Made by a program: the position numbers and the translations under genes. A model generated the notes under the pieces. That model saw nothing but the letters and a program-made list of their open reading frames with translations, had not been told where the DNA came from and did not search any database. Shown here in pieces: positions 1 to 9,137 of a DNA stretch of 20,000 bases (positions within the stretch are counted from its first letter, which is position 1; every line of letters begins with the position of its first letter). Origin of the DNA: Saprolegnia diclina VS20 (lineage: Eukaryota); NCBI RefSeq assembly GCF_000281045.1, contig NW_008246087.1:310900-330899 (forward strand), written 5' to 3'.

Positions 1-24
1 CACATGAACATTGTATAATACTAG

Positions 25-1107
25 GAAATGAGCTGGCGGTGGATAGAGCGGCAACAATGCCACTGCCTGTCGATGACGTGTGCGCTGCCTCTTCATGCGA
101 TTCTTCTCGACTGCAAGATGCTCTTGTAGACCAGTGGCACACGCCAGCAAGCCGAGCAGTCCCTCACGGAGGTAGAATCAGACTTGGTGATTGCTACGGC
201 TAAGCTCTCTCTGTGCCAGTAGCTCCAAGGCTAAAGACCTGGGAGGGTAGGTGACGATGGTGCGCCATTGGTCATGGCGAAATCGTAGAAGCACCGGGGT
301 GTTGCTGGACGCCCCAAAGCTCGTGACGACCGACCAGCTTTTGCCCATCGATGAAACGTGCTTCCTGCCCGTTGACGTCCTTATCGACTCATGGTGTTGG
401 TAGGAGCACGGTCTTGAAGACAGAGTTGAAAGCAAAGTCAAGGTCGGCTGCACCCCATAGTTATATGACCTCTCTGGACGCAACGGTGTACAGTTTAAAG
501 TCTGGCGACGCACCAAGTCAAACGACCGAGAGCGACACCCCGGGGTATCAGCTTATACAACACCGATCGATAAAGCTAGAGGAACGAGTAGACCAAAGGA
601 AACCCCGGCGCCAATGCGTCGCACCCCGACGCCAAAGCTCGAGACGCTCATGCGCAGGCAAGTGCAAGCTGCTGCCGTCGCATTTGACTCTGTTGATACG
701 TGTAGCGGCTCCAAGGCCAAGGACCTCTTTACAAAATCGTACACTCCGTTTATACGACAAAATCTAGACGAGCATGGTAGGGATGCCAAGGTACCCGAGG
801 TGGCGTCGCGCCTCCGCCGAGCCTCCGTGAGCGTCACTTCTCTGTATGTACACCATGTTGTTTCGTAGCTAAGATCTTCTGCAGGGCACCCAGCAGCAGC
901 AGTACCACCACGAGCAGCAGTGTCAAGGCGCCGCGAGATCTGTCAGCGCACCTGGGGTAATCAGTGCCTCGAACGACGCTGCAGGAGCCAACCTCGTGTA
1001 CTAGGGAGCAAGCGATTGCGAGGCGCACGGAAATGAGTCGCATGAACGACTTTGAGCGCATCGCGCTGGCCGACGACCGACTAAAAACCGATGTTGGCTT
1101 TTCGTAG
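25..1107 (+). CDS. 3' portion of a multi-micro-exon gene encoding a low-complexity Ser/Thr/Pro/Lys-rich protein of unknown function (5' end upstream of window)
   Basis: Hand-spliced exons 25-79, 130-171, 223(220)-246, 289-357, 404-442, 494-544, 592-657, 706-738, 781-843, 885-956, 1005-1107. Introns are 41-51 nt, GT-AG except one GC-AG (658-705), and join into one stop-free frame: ...NELAVDRAATMPLPVDDV/PVAHASKPSSPSRS/SKAKDLGG/STGVLLDAPKLVTTDQLLPIDET/STVLKTELKAKSS/LKSGDAPSQTTESDTPG/PKETPAPMRRTPTPKLETLMRS/GSKAKDLFTKS/DAKVPEVASRLRRASVSVTSL/APSSSSTTTSSSVKAPRDLSAHLG/EQAIARRTEMSRMNDFERIALADDRLKTDVGFS*. Confidence 0.7.
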
Positions 1108-1766
1108 TCGACGACAGCCTCCTATTTACAGTAACCCTACCCACAGCGTACCAGCCGCGTCGATTTTTGCATGTCCTACCATGGTTGCGCACTAGATTAT
1201 CGCTGCATTCGACATCGCTTTCGTATAGTACGAAGCGGCGTTAGGGAGAGTAAGATAATTCTACGTCGGCGTGTCAGGGTCGATTGTCGATCCCGCGTGG
1301 CTGTCCCTAACCTTTTGCCGCATAAAATGTATCGACATATCAGACCTTATATCTCATGTACCCATTATATTTCTGAAGCGCCATCATCATGCGCCGTGAA
1401 GTCACCTTGTGTCTCGTGCTGGCTCGTCGGCACCAGCCGTGCCGCTTTTCTGGCAGTCGCGACTCGCCTGGACGTGCGTTGCTCCAGCCATCGACTAACA
1501 AAGTTAGGAGATGTTGTCGAACTAGTATTCGACTAGACTCGACTCGTTAGCAGGTGCATCTTGATCTCGCAGACTCGGGATCCCGTCGAGAACGTCCGAG
1601 CGCGTAGCTTCGTGTTTGCGTTGGAGTCCCACGGTGCGTCGACTGGCGCGAGTGCCGGTTTGCCCACGGTGCATACAAAGTCCAAGTCATTTCAAAAAGC
1701 AGGTGGCAGTCTCAGATGTGCGAGTTTGCTGTTTGCGTCTATTTCGCAGAAACCACCCGAAGCAGC

Positions 1767-3260
1767 ATGACGGTCCGGGCCGACTACGACGTGGTCGTGC
1801 GCGGCCAGCTCACGGCCGACATTGAGGACGACCTCGCGCAGGTCGAGATGCAGGCCGCGCAGATCAAGACGCAGACCGCGACCTTTGTGCCCCACAAGTC
1901 GCCCACCTCCCAGTACAAGCTCGTCGCGCTCCTGCAGACGAGCAACCTCGTCCAGCGCCTCATCTCGGGCATCATCCTCGGGTCCTCGGTCACCGTGTAC
2001 CTCGTGCTAGGCCCGCGCTCGGCGCCTGTCTATCTCTGCGCGTTCGTCGTCTCGATCTGCAACTACGAGTTCGCGTGGCTCGCCGAGCGCATTACGCACC
2101 GCTTCACGACGTCGTACCTCGACGACTGCCTCGGCGACGTGCACAGCGTAGGCATGTGTGCGATCCGCCCGTTCGACGGCGTCCGGCGCGCGGTCTCGCC
2201 GATCGCATGCGGCTACCCGCGCGTCGCTGCCGGGGTCCTCGCGACGCTCCTGGCCACCGGCGCAACGCTCTTCATCTCGTACCTTGCCGTCGACGTCTTG
2301 TCGTACAAGGACAGCCACCTCGGCAAAGCGGACTACCTCGTCCTTGACCTCACGCTCTACGTCGCCCTCACAACGTGGCTCACCACGTTCAGCGCGCTCC
2401 TCACGCCGAGCTTCCACTGTATGTTGAACCTCTTTGTCCAGCAGTTCGCGTACGGTCTCGTTACGATCACACAGTACTTTTGCCTCAGCTACGACAACAA
2501 GTGCTACGTCATGCTTGACACGAGCAAGGGCCGGTGGCTCGCGCTCCTCTTCATCTTTGGCAACCGCCTCCCGCTCTTGACGCGCGTCTCGCCGGCCGCG
2601 GCGATCGAGAGCTTCGTCCGCATCCTTCTCGACGTCATTGGCTTTGCCTACATTGTACTGCTCATGCAGCCGATCGCCGACCTCCTCATGCAGGTCGACG
2701 GCGCCGACCGCATTGCGCTCGGCTTCCTCGCGGTCGTGTGGGGCACGGACACGGGCGCCTACATCATGGGCCACTTTCTCAAGCACATCAAGTACAAGCG
2801 ACTGCATCCGCTCGCCAAGCACATCTCGCCCAACAAAGACATCGAAGGCAGCCTCGGCGGCGTCGCGCTCGGTGTTGGCGCCGTCCTGCTCGTCGACGCG
2901 CTCATGGAGCTGCCAACGGACTTGACACCCGACATTGTGCAGCTCCAGCGTATCCACCGCATTTTGTTCGCAGTCGTTGGCGGCCTCCTCTCGCGCTACG
3001 GCGACCTCTTTGCGAGTCTCCTCAAGCGGCTCGCCGGCGTCAAAGACACGGGCACGCTGATCCCTGGCCACGGCGGCCTCCTCGACCGCGTCGACGCGCT
3101 CCTCTTTGTCGGCGCTGTCTTTGCCTTGTACCACCGCGGTGCGTTCGCTCCCTACTACGACAAGCAAATTGATGCGTCGTACGTCACGTCGCTCGTCAAC
3201 TCGGACGACCTGTGGACGCGCTTGACCAACGCTGGCATCCCGTACATCAAGTCGCCGTAG
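1767..3260 (+). CDS. CDS: Phosphatidate cytidylyltransferase (CDP-diacylglycerol synthase, CTP_transf_1 family), intronless
   Basis: Polytopic membrane ORF with family motifs WGTDTGAY, ISPNKDIEG and GDLFASLLKRLAGVKDTGTLIPGHGGLLDRVD. The ATG at 1767 (MTVRAD) is preferred over 1716 because codon bias begins there. Confidence 0.93.
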   Translation: MTVRADYDVVVRGQLTADIEDDLAQVEMQAAQIKTQTATFVPHKSPTSQYKLVALLQTSNLVQRLISGIILGSSVTVYLVLGPRSAPVYLCAFVVSICNYEFAWLAERITHRFTTSYLDDCLGDVHSVGMCAIRPFDGVRRAVSPIACGYPRVAAGVLATLLATGATLFISYLAVDVLSYKDSHLGKADYLVLDLTLYVALTTWLTTFSALLTPSFHCMLNLFVQQFAYGLVTITQYFCLSYDNKCYVMLDTSKGRWLALLFIFGNRLPLLTRVSPAAAIESFVRILLDVIGFAYIVLLMQPIADLLMQVDGADRIALGFLAVVWGTDTGAYIMGHFLKHIKYKRLHPLAKHISPNKDIEGSLGGVALGVGAVLLVDALMELPTDLTPDIVQLQRIHRILFAVVGGLLSRYGDLFASLLKRLAGVKDTGTLIPGHGGLLDRVDALLFVGAVFALYHRGAFAPYYDKQIDASYVTSLVNSDDLWTRLTNAGIPYIKSP

Positions 3261-3432
3261 GATACAGTGGCCTGTCTCTCTGTGTGTATGTCGTCCTCTG
3301 CACCATCGTGTAAAGTTGTACATAAGTTATTTACCATTTTAGTGATTTCTTTGGCCTGTCCGAGTCGCCGCCGAGGTCCGACGGACGGCAATGGCCGTGG
3401 TAGGGAGCTGCGGTTGCCAGGCAGGGCCGCTA

Positions 3433-3636
3433 AAGCAGCATGGCCGAGGAAGACCATACACGATGACCAACCAGAAGGCCATCAACATGGAAACGAGCCA
3501 ACGCTTCCTTGAACCGTGGCGTCGACGCGCACGACGCTTCGGTTCAAGAGAAGGCCAGGAGCATGGAAGCGGTATCTCCATGTAGATGACCTTCGCCATG
3601 AGCATCTTGCATGGGCCTTCCTCGGCCATGCTGCTT
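3433..3636. ncRNA. Long imperfect inverted repeat / fold-back hairpin (candidate pre-miRNA or hairpin RNA)
   Basis: 3433-3452 AAGCAGCATGGCCGAGGAAG is the exact reverse complement of 3617-3636. 3474-3491 pairs with 3577-3594 (16/18). The apical stem pairs 3508-3516 with 3540-3548 and 3519-3524 with 3532-3537 around a 7-nt loop. The repeat is seen directly; transcription is inferred. Confidence 0.5.
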
Positions 3637-3745
3637 GGCTCGCATCGTCGTCGATGCCATTGGCGGTCCCATCGCCTTCGCCAGGACGCGAGCAGGCGCC
3701 GGCGCTGGCGCAAGCGACCGAATTTTGGAGCGATGGATCCTCGAT

Positions 3746-3911
3746 GTATTTTTATTCGTTGCATGAACTTCTTCGCATTATTAATATTCCAAACGTATTC
3801 ACAGAATATACAAATGGTTTGTAAAGTGGACGTATTTTTATTAAAAATACATTGCAATGGATGGGAATGGGAATAAAAAAGACGTCGGGCGCCGTGGAGC
3901 GTATTTTTATT
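3746..3911. promoter_or_regulatory. AT-rich upstream island with three GTATTTTTATT copies and a palindrome
   Basis: GTATTTTTATT at 3746-3756, 3832-3842 and 3901-3911; GTATTTTTA-T-TAAAAATAC dyad at 3832-3850; lies upstream of the AMPK-beta ATG. Confidence 0.4.
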
Positions 3912-4025
3912 TCAATCTTAGTTCTCTTCTGCGGCGACCGACGTAAGACGCGGTGCCCATGGGCGATGGCTCATGGCTGCCATGTGCATGTAGACGCATC
4001 TACCTCGCTCCAACGACGGCTGATC

Positions 4026-4979
4026 ATGGGAAGTACCTCGAGCAAGGCGCATGACTCGAACCCGGCGGACCTCGGCGCGATGGGGTCGCAGCGGGACGCG
4101 GCCGCGCAGGCGGCCAACAACACGAACGCCGTGTATTATGGCAGCCCGACGCACCACGAGCAAGGTCGCCATAGCGATACGGACATGGATATGGACAGCA
4201 ACTCGCCGCGCTTCATTCCGCCCAGCGACGCGCATCAAGCGGCGGCGGACGCGGGCCGCAATGACATCGTGCCCATGGTGTTTCGATGGGAACATGGCGG
4301 ACGCAACGTACATCGCACGAAGCGAAGACCGTCGTCTTATGCGGAATGGCGTCGTAGGTGTGCATCACGGGGACCTTCAATGGCTGGACGACGCATGTGC
4401 CCATGCACCGGTCGGGGAATGATTTCACGTACATTGCCAACTTGCCGCGAGGAAAGCATGCGTACAAGTTTGTGGTCGACGACGAGTGGCGGTTCGCACC
4501 GGACCAGCCGACCGTCGCCGACGTCGATGGCAACATCAACAACTACGTCGACGTCTCAGACTTTGTCGCGCTCCTCGACGTTGACATTGAGGAGGCGAAC
4601 GAGAACGACAGCGAGACCGTGTACGGCCGGTTCATTCCCGACATCGACGAGTACACGAAGGAGCCGCCGCCGCTGCCGCCGCACCTCCGCCACATCATCC
4701 TCAACAAGGTAATAGATCTTAATCGGCTGAGGTCGATCTTAGATGATGGTGGCAGGCACCGCCGAGCGTCGACTGCAGGCTGCTGCCCGTGCCGCAGCAC
4801 GTTGCGCTCAACCACTTGTACTGCACGGCCATCAAGGATGGCATGATGGTCCTTGGCATCACCCAGCGGTACATGCGTCCTCTACCAGGTCGTACCTCTC
4901 ATCTTGCCTGCCGCCATGTAGATACAAGCAGAAGTTTGTGACGACAGTTTATTATAGTTTGATGCCAGGGTCGAATTAA
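4026..4979 (+). CDS. AMPK-beta: 5'-AMP-activated/SNF1 protein kinase beta subunit
   Basis: Exons 4026-4307, 4358-4708, 4756-4868, 4922-4979. MGSTSS myristoylation-type start; CBM48 (PMVFRWEHGGRNVCITGTFNGW...YKFVVDDEW...GNINN); ASC domain (EPPPLPPHL, LPVPQHVALNHLY, RYKQKFVTTVYY). Confidence 0.95.
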
Positions 4980-5029
4980 GCCGTGTAAATAAGCCTAGAC
5001 TCGTGTAACCTGGCGTCGCATCTTAGAGC

Positions 5030-5349
5030 TTAGACATAGATTTCGGCCCAGAGGAAGACAAAGAGCGAGCCCGACCCGAGGAAGAGCGAGGCCAGAGCCG
5101 CGAACGCGAGCTCGACGATCATGTTCTTGTTGGCGCTCACGCCCTTGGTGAAGAACGCGGCCATGAAGACGAGCCCGATCAAGTTGAGGAAGACCGCCAG
5201 GTAGCCGTAGAGGTCGACGGGCACGGGGCTGGTGTGGGGGAATTCCTACGAGGCAGGTCGCATGAGCATCCTCATGTCCATTTTCGTGGCGTCGGCTCCA
5301 TCTACATGGCGTCGTCGTCCGCGGGCAGGCGCATGCAGCGACGTACCAT
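5030..5349 (-). CDS. TMEM258: Oligosaccharyltransferase small subunit OST5/TMEM258
   Basis: Exon 1 is the ATG alone (5349-5347), intron 5346-5246 (GTACGT...CGTAG), exon 2 5245-5030. Product MEFPHTSPVPVDLYGYLAVFL...ASLFLGSGSLFVFLWAEIYV, with 2 TM segments and the family SPV and ASLFLGxG...IYV motifs. Confidence 0.88.
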
Positions 5350-5762
5350 GGTGCTAGGGGCGGGCGTGTGTGTGGTCAATCGCCGAGTGTGCTCCCTTTC
5401 ACGAGCATAAGATTTCAGAGGTCTGCCGGATACGTGGCAGGTTGGCATGCATTCTCAGAGACTTGTGGAAATGGGTTAAACAGGTTTTATTCCAATTCAG
5501 CCGACGAGGCCGCTACCTGCAGGCCACAGAGCCCACGACCGCGTTCATGCCGAGTGTAGTGCAAATGCAGACCCATAGTGGAGAGGCGCCAACTGTCGAG
5601 GCGCCATCGCCTCTCGGAAGGATATAGCCGGGACGCTTCGTTTTACGCACTAAAACGCGGTGTAGAACGCACACGCCAAACGTTACGACGTCGTTTAACG
5701 CGCATGCAGATCTTCAACGAAGGACCACAGACTTGCTTCGGACTCGCGGGATACGTACTACC

Positions 5763-6415
5763 ATGCACCTTGCAGCTGTCGCCTGGGCTTGCGTCGCATG
5801 GCTCGCCGCCGCCACGATGGCCGCGCCGACCAGCTTTTTTGACTTTGTCGTCAAGGGCGTCGACGGCGCCGACGTGCCACTCTCGCGCTACGCAGGCTCC
5901 AAGGCCATCTTGGTTGTCAACGTGGCCAGCGCATGCGGCTTGACCGACTCCAACTACCGCGAGCTGCAGGTGCGTCCTTGCCATATGAACGTAGAGTGCT
6001 CACGCCGTGGCGTAGGCGCTGTACACCAAGTACCACGACCAAGGCCTCGAGATCCTCGGCTTCCCGTGCAACCAGTTTGGGGCCCAAGAGCCTGGCACGA
6101 TGCGCGACATCCTCGCCTTTACGCACGGCTACGACGTGACGTTTCCCATCTTCCAAAAGGTGTCGTCGTCGTCTCTGGCCATGGGACTAGCGCCGCTCGT
6201 AGGTCGATGTGAACGGCCAAGACGCCGATCCCGTCTTTGCGTACCTCACCTCCGTCTTGGCCGGCTCCATTACCAACGACGTCAAGTGGAACTTTTCAAA
6301 GTTCCTCCTCGCGCACGGCCGCCCGTATGCGCGGTACGCGCCGACCACGTCGCCCGCTGCCATCGAAGACGCGATCGTCCGCATCCTCTCCAGTCAAAGC
6401 CACGACGAACTCTGA
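5763..6415 (+). CDS. GPX: Cys-type glutathione peroxidase-family protein with signal peptide and C-terminal HDEL (ER-resident)
   Basis: Exons 5763-5969, 6016-6159, 6203-6415. Motifs VNVASACG (TGC Cys, not Sec), [21 protein letters not shown]. Hydrophobic N-terminus [20 protein letters not shown]; ends SQSHDEL. Confidence 0.93.
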
Positions 6416-6698
6416 GCGTTCTTCTGTCCCTATCCACATGACAATCTATCCATCCAAGACTGTTGAATAGTATTTGGATACTATTCGAATGTGCCAAGAC
6501 GAGACGCGTCGCAAGTATTAGATCGCTAGCTGTTGCGGTCGGCGGAGCGTCGAGTGGACGGCAGGGTTAGGGTTCCAACGTGGCCCGACTTCGAACCCTC
6601 GAAAACCCACAGTATTTGCACCCAGTGATCGCCACGATCAAGCATTTCGATATATATAAGCGAGGACGACACACACGGATGATTCTAGGACCTTGCGT

Positions 6699-8321
6699 CT
6701 ACGTCGACGTCGCATTGCTCAGCGCTTTGGCGCCATAGTACGTCACGAGTTGATGGAGCTTGAGCGCGCTCCAGTTTTTGAGTTGTCGGTCGTCGGGCAC
6801 GAGGTGGATGACCTTGACGAGCTTGGAGATGCGCGAGATAAAATTGAGCTTGCTCTCGCGCTCGAGGTACGCCTGGTACGTGCTGTTGTCGATGCGCTGC
6901 CACATGCGCAGAATCTGGTTCGACACGTCCTCAGACGTGTAGCTGTAGTCGCCCGGCCACTCGACGCGCTCGAGCAGCATAGCGCAAAAGCCAAAGAGGA
7001 GCAAGTACTGGAGACGGACAAGCCAAGTCGAGTGCAGCACGGGGCCGTTCGAAGGCAGCGCGACAAAGCGCAGCACAGCGACAAATTGAATGCCAATGTG
7101 GTACACAAACGCGCTCAGAACTGCGAGCGCAAAGTGCCGCGGCTTGCGCAGATTCGGGATCGATGCCGGGACCACGACGAGGCTATAGAGAGCGACCGTG
7201 GCCACCGCAGCAACGGCGCTGGCCGCGACTGCGACCCACGGCGGGCGCTGTGGGCACACGTGGCGCGTCACGAGCGTCGCCAAGTCGGAGGCCCAGAGCA
7301 CGAGAAAGCAGAGGATTAGGGTGTAGAGGCGGTAGTGGGGCGGCTCGTGCGGGTCGAGCTGGTCTGGATTGAGGTAGTCTTGCACGACGCTGACGACGAC
7401 GTTGAGGAGCGACGGGACATACTGCAGCGTAAAGAGGTCCAGCAGCAAGGTCACGCCCGTGCGCGCGACCTCGCGCGACCGCACGATGCGCAAAATGACG
7501 ATTGGCACGAATGCAATGCTGAGGGCGAACCCGGCGTCGATGAGCTTGATGGAGCGAATATTGCCGTTGACAGCCGCGCGAAAGTCGAGGAGCGTGTTGA
7601 GCGTCAGCACCGAGAAGGCTGCTTGCATGAGGAGCAAGATCGCGCCGTCCATGGCCGATGGCGTGAACATGGCGGCGATCACCGCGACAAAGCACGTCGA
7701 CGTAATGTACGCGACGAGGATGCCGAAGGTGCCAGTGTCGAGGCCGAGCCCGGCGTCGTTCTGGATGAGCACAAGGAGGCCGCCGCAGAGTGCGCTGGCG
7801 AGGAGCGCGACAAGCACCGACAGCAGCGGCGCGGGCATGTGCAGCATGCGGCCCCAGACTCGCGCGTTCGCCGGCGGCACGTCGCTGTCGCGCGACGCTG
7901 CGAGCGCGTCGGGCTCGTAGTAAAGCTGAAAGGGCCGCAGGATCTTGTGGCGCACGCCGAGCGCGTACCATGCCATCTCGTAGTTGAGGATCGCGACAAG
8001 GACGGCGGCGAGAAAGTGCATGCCAATGTTGCCGGCAAAGACGAGCGTGCAGATGACGACAGCGCCGATCGCGGTCGACGAGACGACGTACCAGAGGAGC
8101 GTGACGGGCGAGACCGGCGCGCCGACGCCATCGTCGTCCATGGACGTGGGAATCGTGGCCCGGGGCATGGACGACTGCATGAGCACAATTGAAGCGAGCG
8201 ACGGGCGCACGCCGGTAGAGGACTCGTCGAGCGTGAGCGGATGCGGATGGGGCGACTCGGAGATCGGCGTCGCGTCGTGGTAGTCGGCGCCGGCCGCGGA
8301 CCCGCGCGGCGAAGGAATCAT
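6699..8321 (-). CDS. Polytopic membrane protein, divergent paralog of phosphatidate cytidylyltransferase lacking catalytic motifs
   Basis: 540-aa intronless ORF. FLAAVLVAILNYEMAWYALGVRHKI aligns with YLCAFVVSICNYEFAWLAERITHRF, LLLDLFTLQYV with ILLDVIGFAYI, and FLVLWASDLA with FLAVVWGTDTG of the 1767-3260 protein. Confidence 0.75.
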   Translation of the reverse strand: MIPSPRGSAAGADYHDATPISESPHPHPLTLDESSTGVRPSLASIVLMQSSMPRATIPTSMDDDGVGAPVSPVTLLWYVVSSTAIGAVVICTLVFAGNIGMHFLAAVLVAILNYEMAWYALGVRHKILRPFQLYYEPDALAASRDSDVPPANARVWGRMLHMPAPLLSVLVALLASALCGGLLVLIQNDAGLGLDTGTFGILVAYITSTCFVAVIAAMFTPSAMDGAILLLMQAAFSVLTLNTLLDFRAAVNGNIRSIKLIDAGFALSIAFVPIVILRIVRSREVARTGVTLLLDLFTLQYVPSLLNVVVSVVQDYLNPDQLDPHEPPHYRLYTLILCFLVLWASDLATLVTRHVCPQRPPWVAVAASAVAAVATVALYSLVVVPASIPNLRKPRHFALAVLSAFVYHIGIQFVAVLRFVALPSNGPVLHSTWLVRLQYLLLFGFCAMLLERVEWPGDYSYTSEDVSNQILRMWQRIDNSTYQAYLERESKLNFISRISKLVKVIHLVPDDRQLKNWSALKLHQLVTYYGAKALSNATST

Positions 8322-9137
8322 CGTGGCGGTCGCTGCGGAATGCGACCAGCTGGCCCACGAGCTGGTTCCCGCACTTGCTGTTTGTATGGACCGCTATAGA
8401 AAGACGGTAGGGCGCAATTGCCGTAGATGAGTACAGTGGCCGCACTAGTTCGCGACTGATCGCACGGACCTCTACCGACTGCGTATGCTTGAAGTAGCTA
8501 AAGCTAATGCGCCCAAGTCGCCGCCGAGGCAATGAGCCTCCAAGGGCCACGGCGCGAGGCTGCGATTTCGACTCGCTGCGAGTACCGTCACCGGAGCCTT
8601 GTGTTGAAGCGAGAGGGCAAGGCCAGAATGCCGGGCCAATTTGGTGATACTAGTAGCAAGCAAGCTGAGTAGCAAGTATCCTGTACGATGGATATTTGGA
8701 TACGACGATGGCTCGATAGACCATCGATTAAAGTAGGTAAGGGTATAAGGCTTCAAACTGATTTTCGCCAATGCCATGGACTTTAGTTAGTCGAGTTTCA
8801 GTACCAAGTAGCTGGGTTTGCGAATCACCAGACCCGCCATCACCACTGGGGAGGGTACACCACGCTGTTGCTCATCGATGGAATCTTATTGTGTGACGCC
8901 CCTTTACGCGAGTCGACGACTCATATCGACAGACCTCGTATCTCGAAGGCACCTTGGGTAATGGTACTGAGCCTCGATGCCCACCCCGTGAGGTGCAGTG
9001 GCTGCTACGTGTATGCATTCGAGACTGCTCGTGGCATCGAGAAGGGCGTTGCGTGGACTTGGGACAAGGCTATACTTAGCAGACAGGTTGCCCGTCCAGA
9101 CTAAAATTACCACGTCTCAGTGGTGTCTTATCGCGCC

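Noticed and set aside
1490..1546. Clustered TCGACT words and a small GTCGAA/TTCGAC dyad
   Set aside because: TCGAC is very frequent in this genome and the match is too short to support a function.
2007..3323. 438-aa antisense ORF, and similar long ORFs at 7183-8550, 7335-8192, 13807-14976, 16386-17654 and 18255-19913
   Set aside because: Shadow ORFs from GC3-rich codon bias of the overlapping real genes; no recognisable motifs.
3339..3876. Several overlapping ORFs across the hairpin region
   Set aside because: No codon bias or motifs; the inverted repeat explains the sequence better.
5933..5935. Selenocysteine GPx
   Set aside because: The active-site codon is TGC (Cys), not TGA.
6562..6608. 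AGGGTTAGGGTT telomere-like words and a minus-strand GGTTCGAAG B-box/tRNA-like motif
   Set aside because: Only two telomeric units; the T-arm does not pair and no cloverleaf forms.
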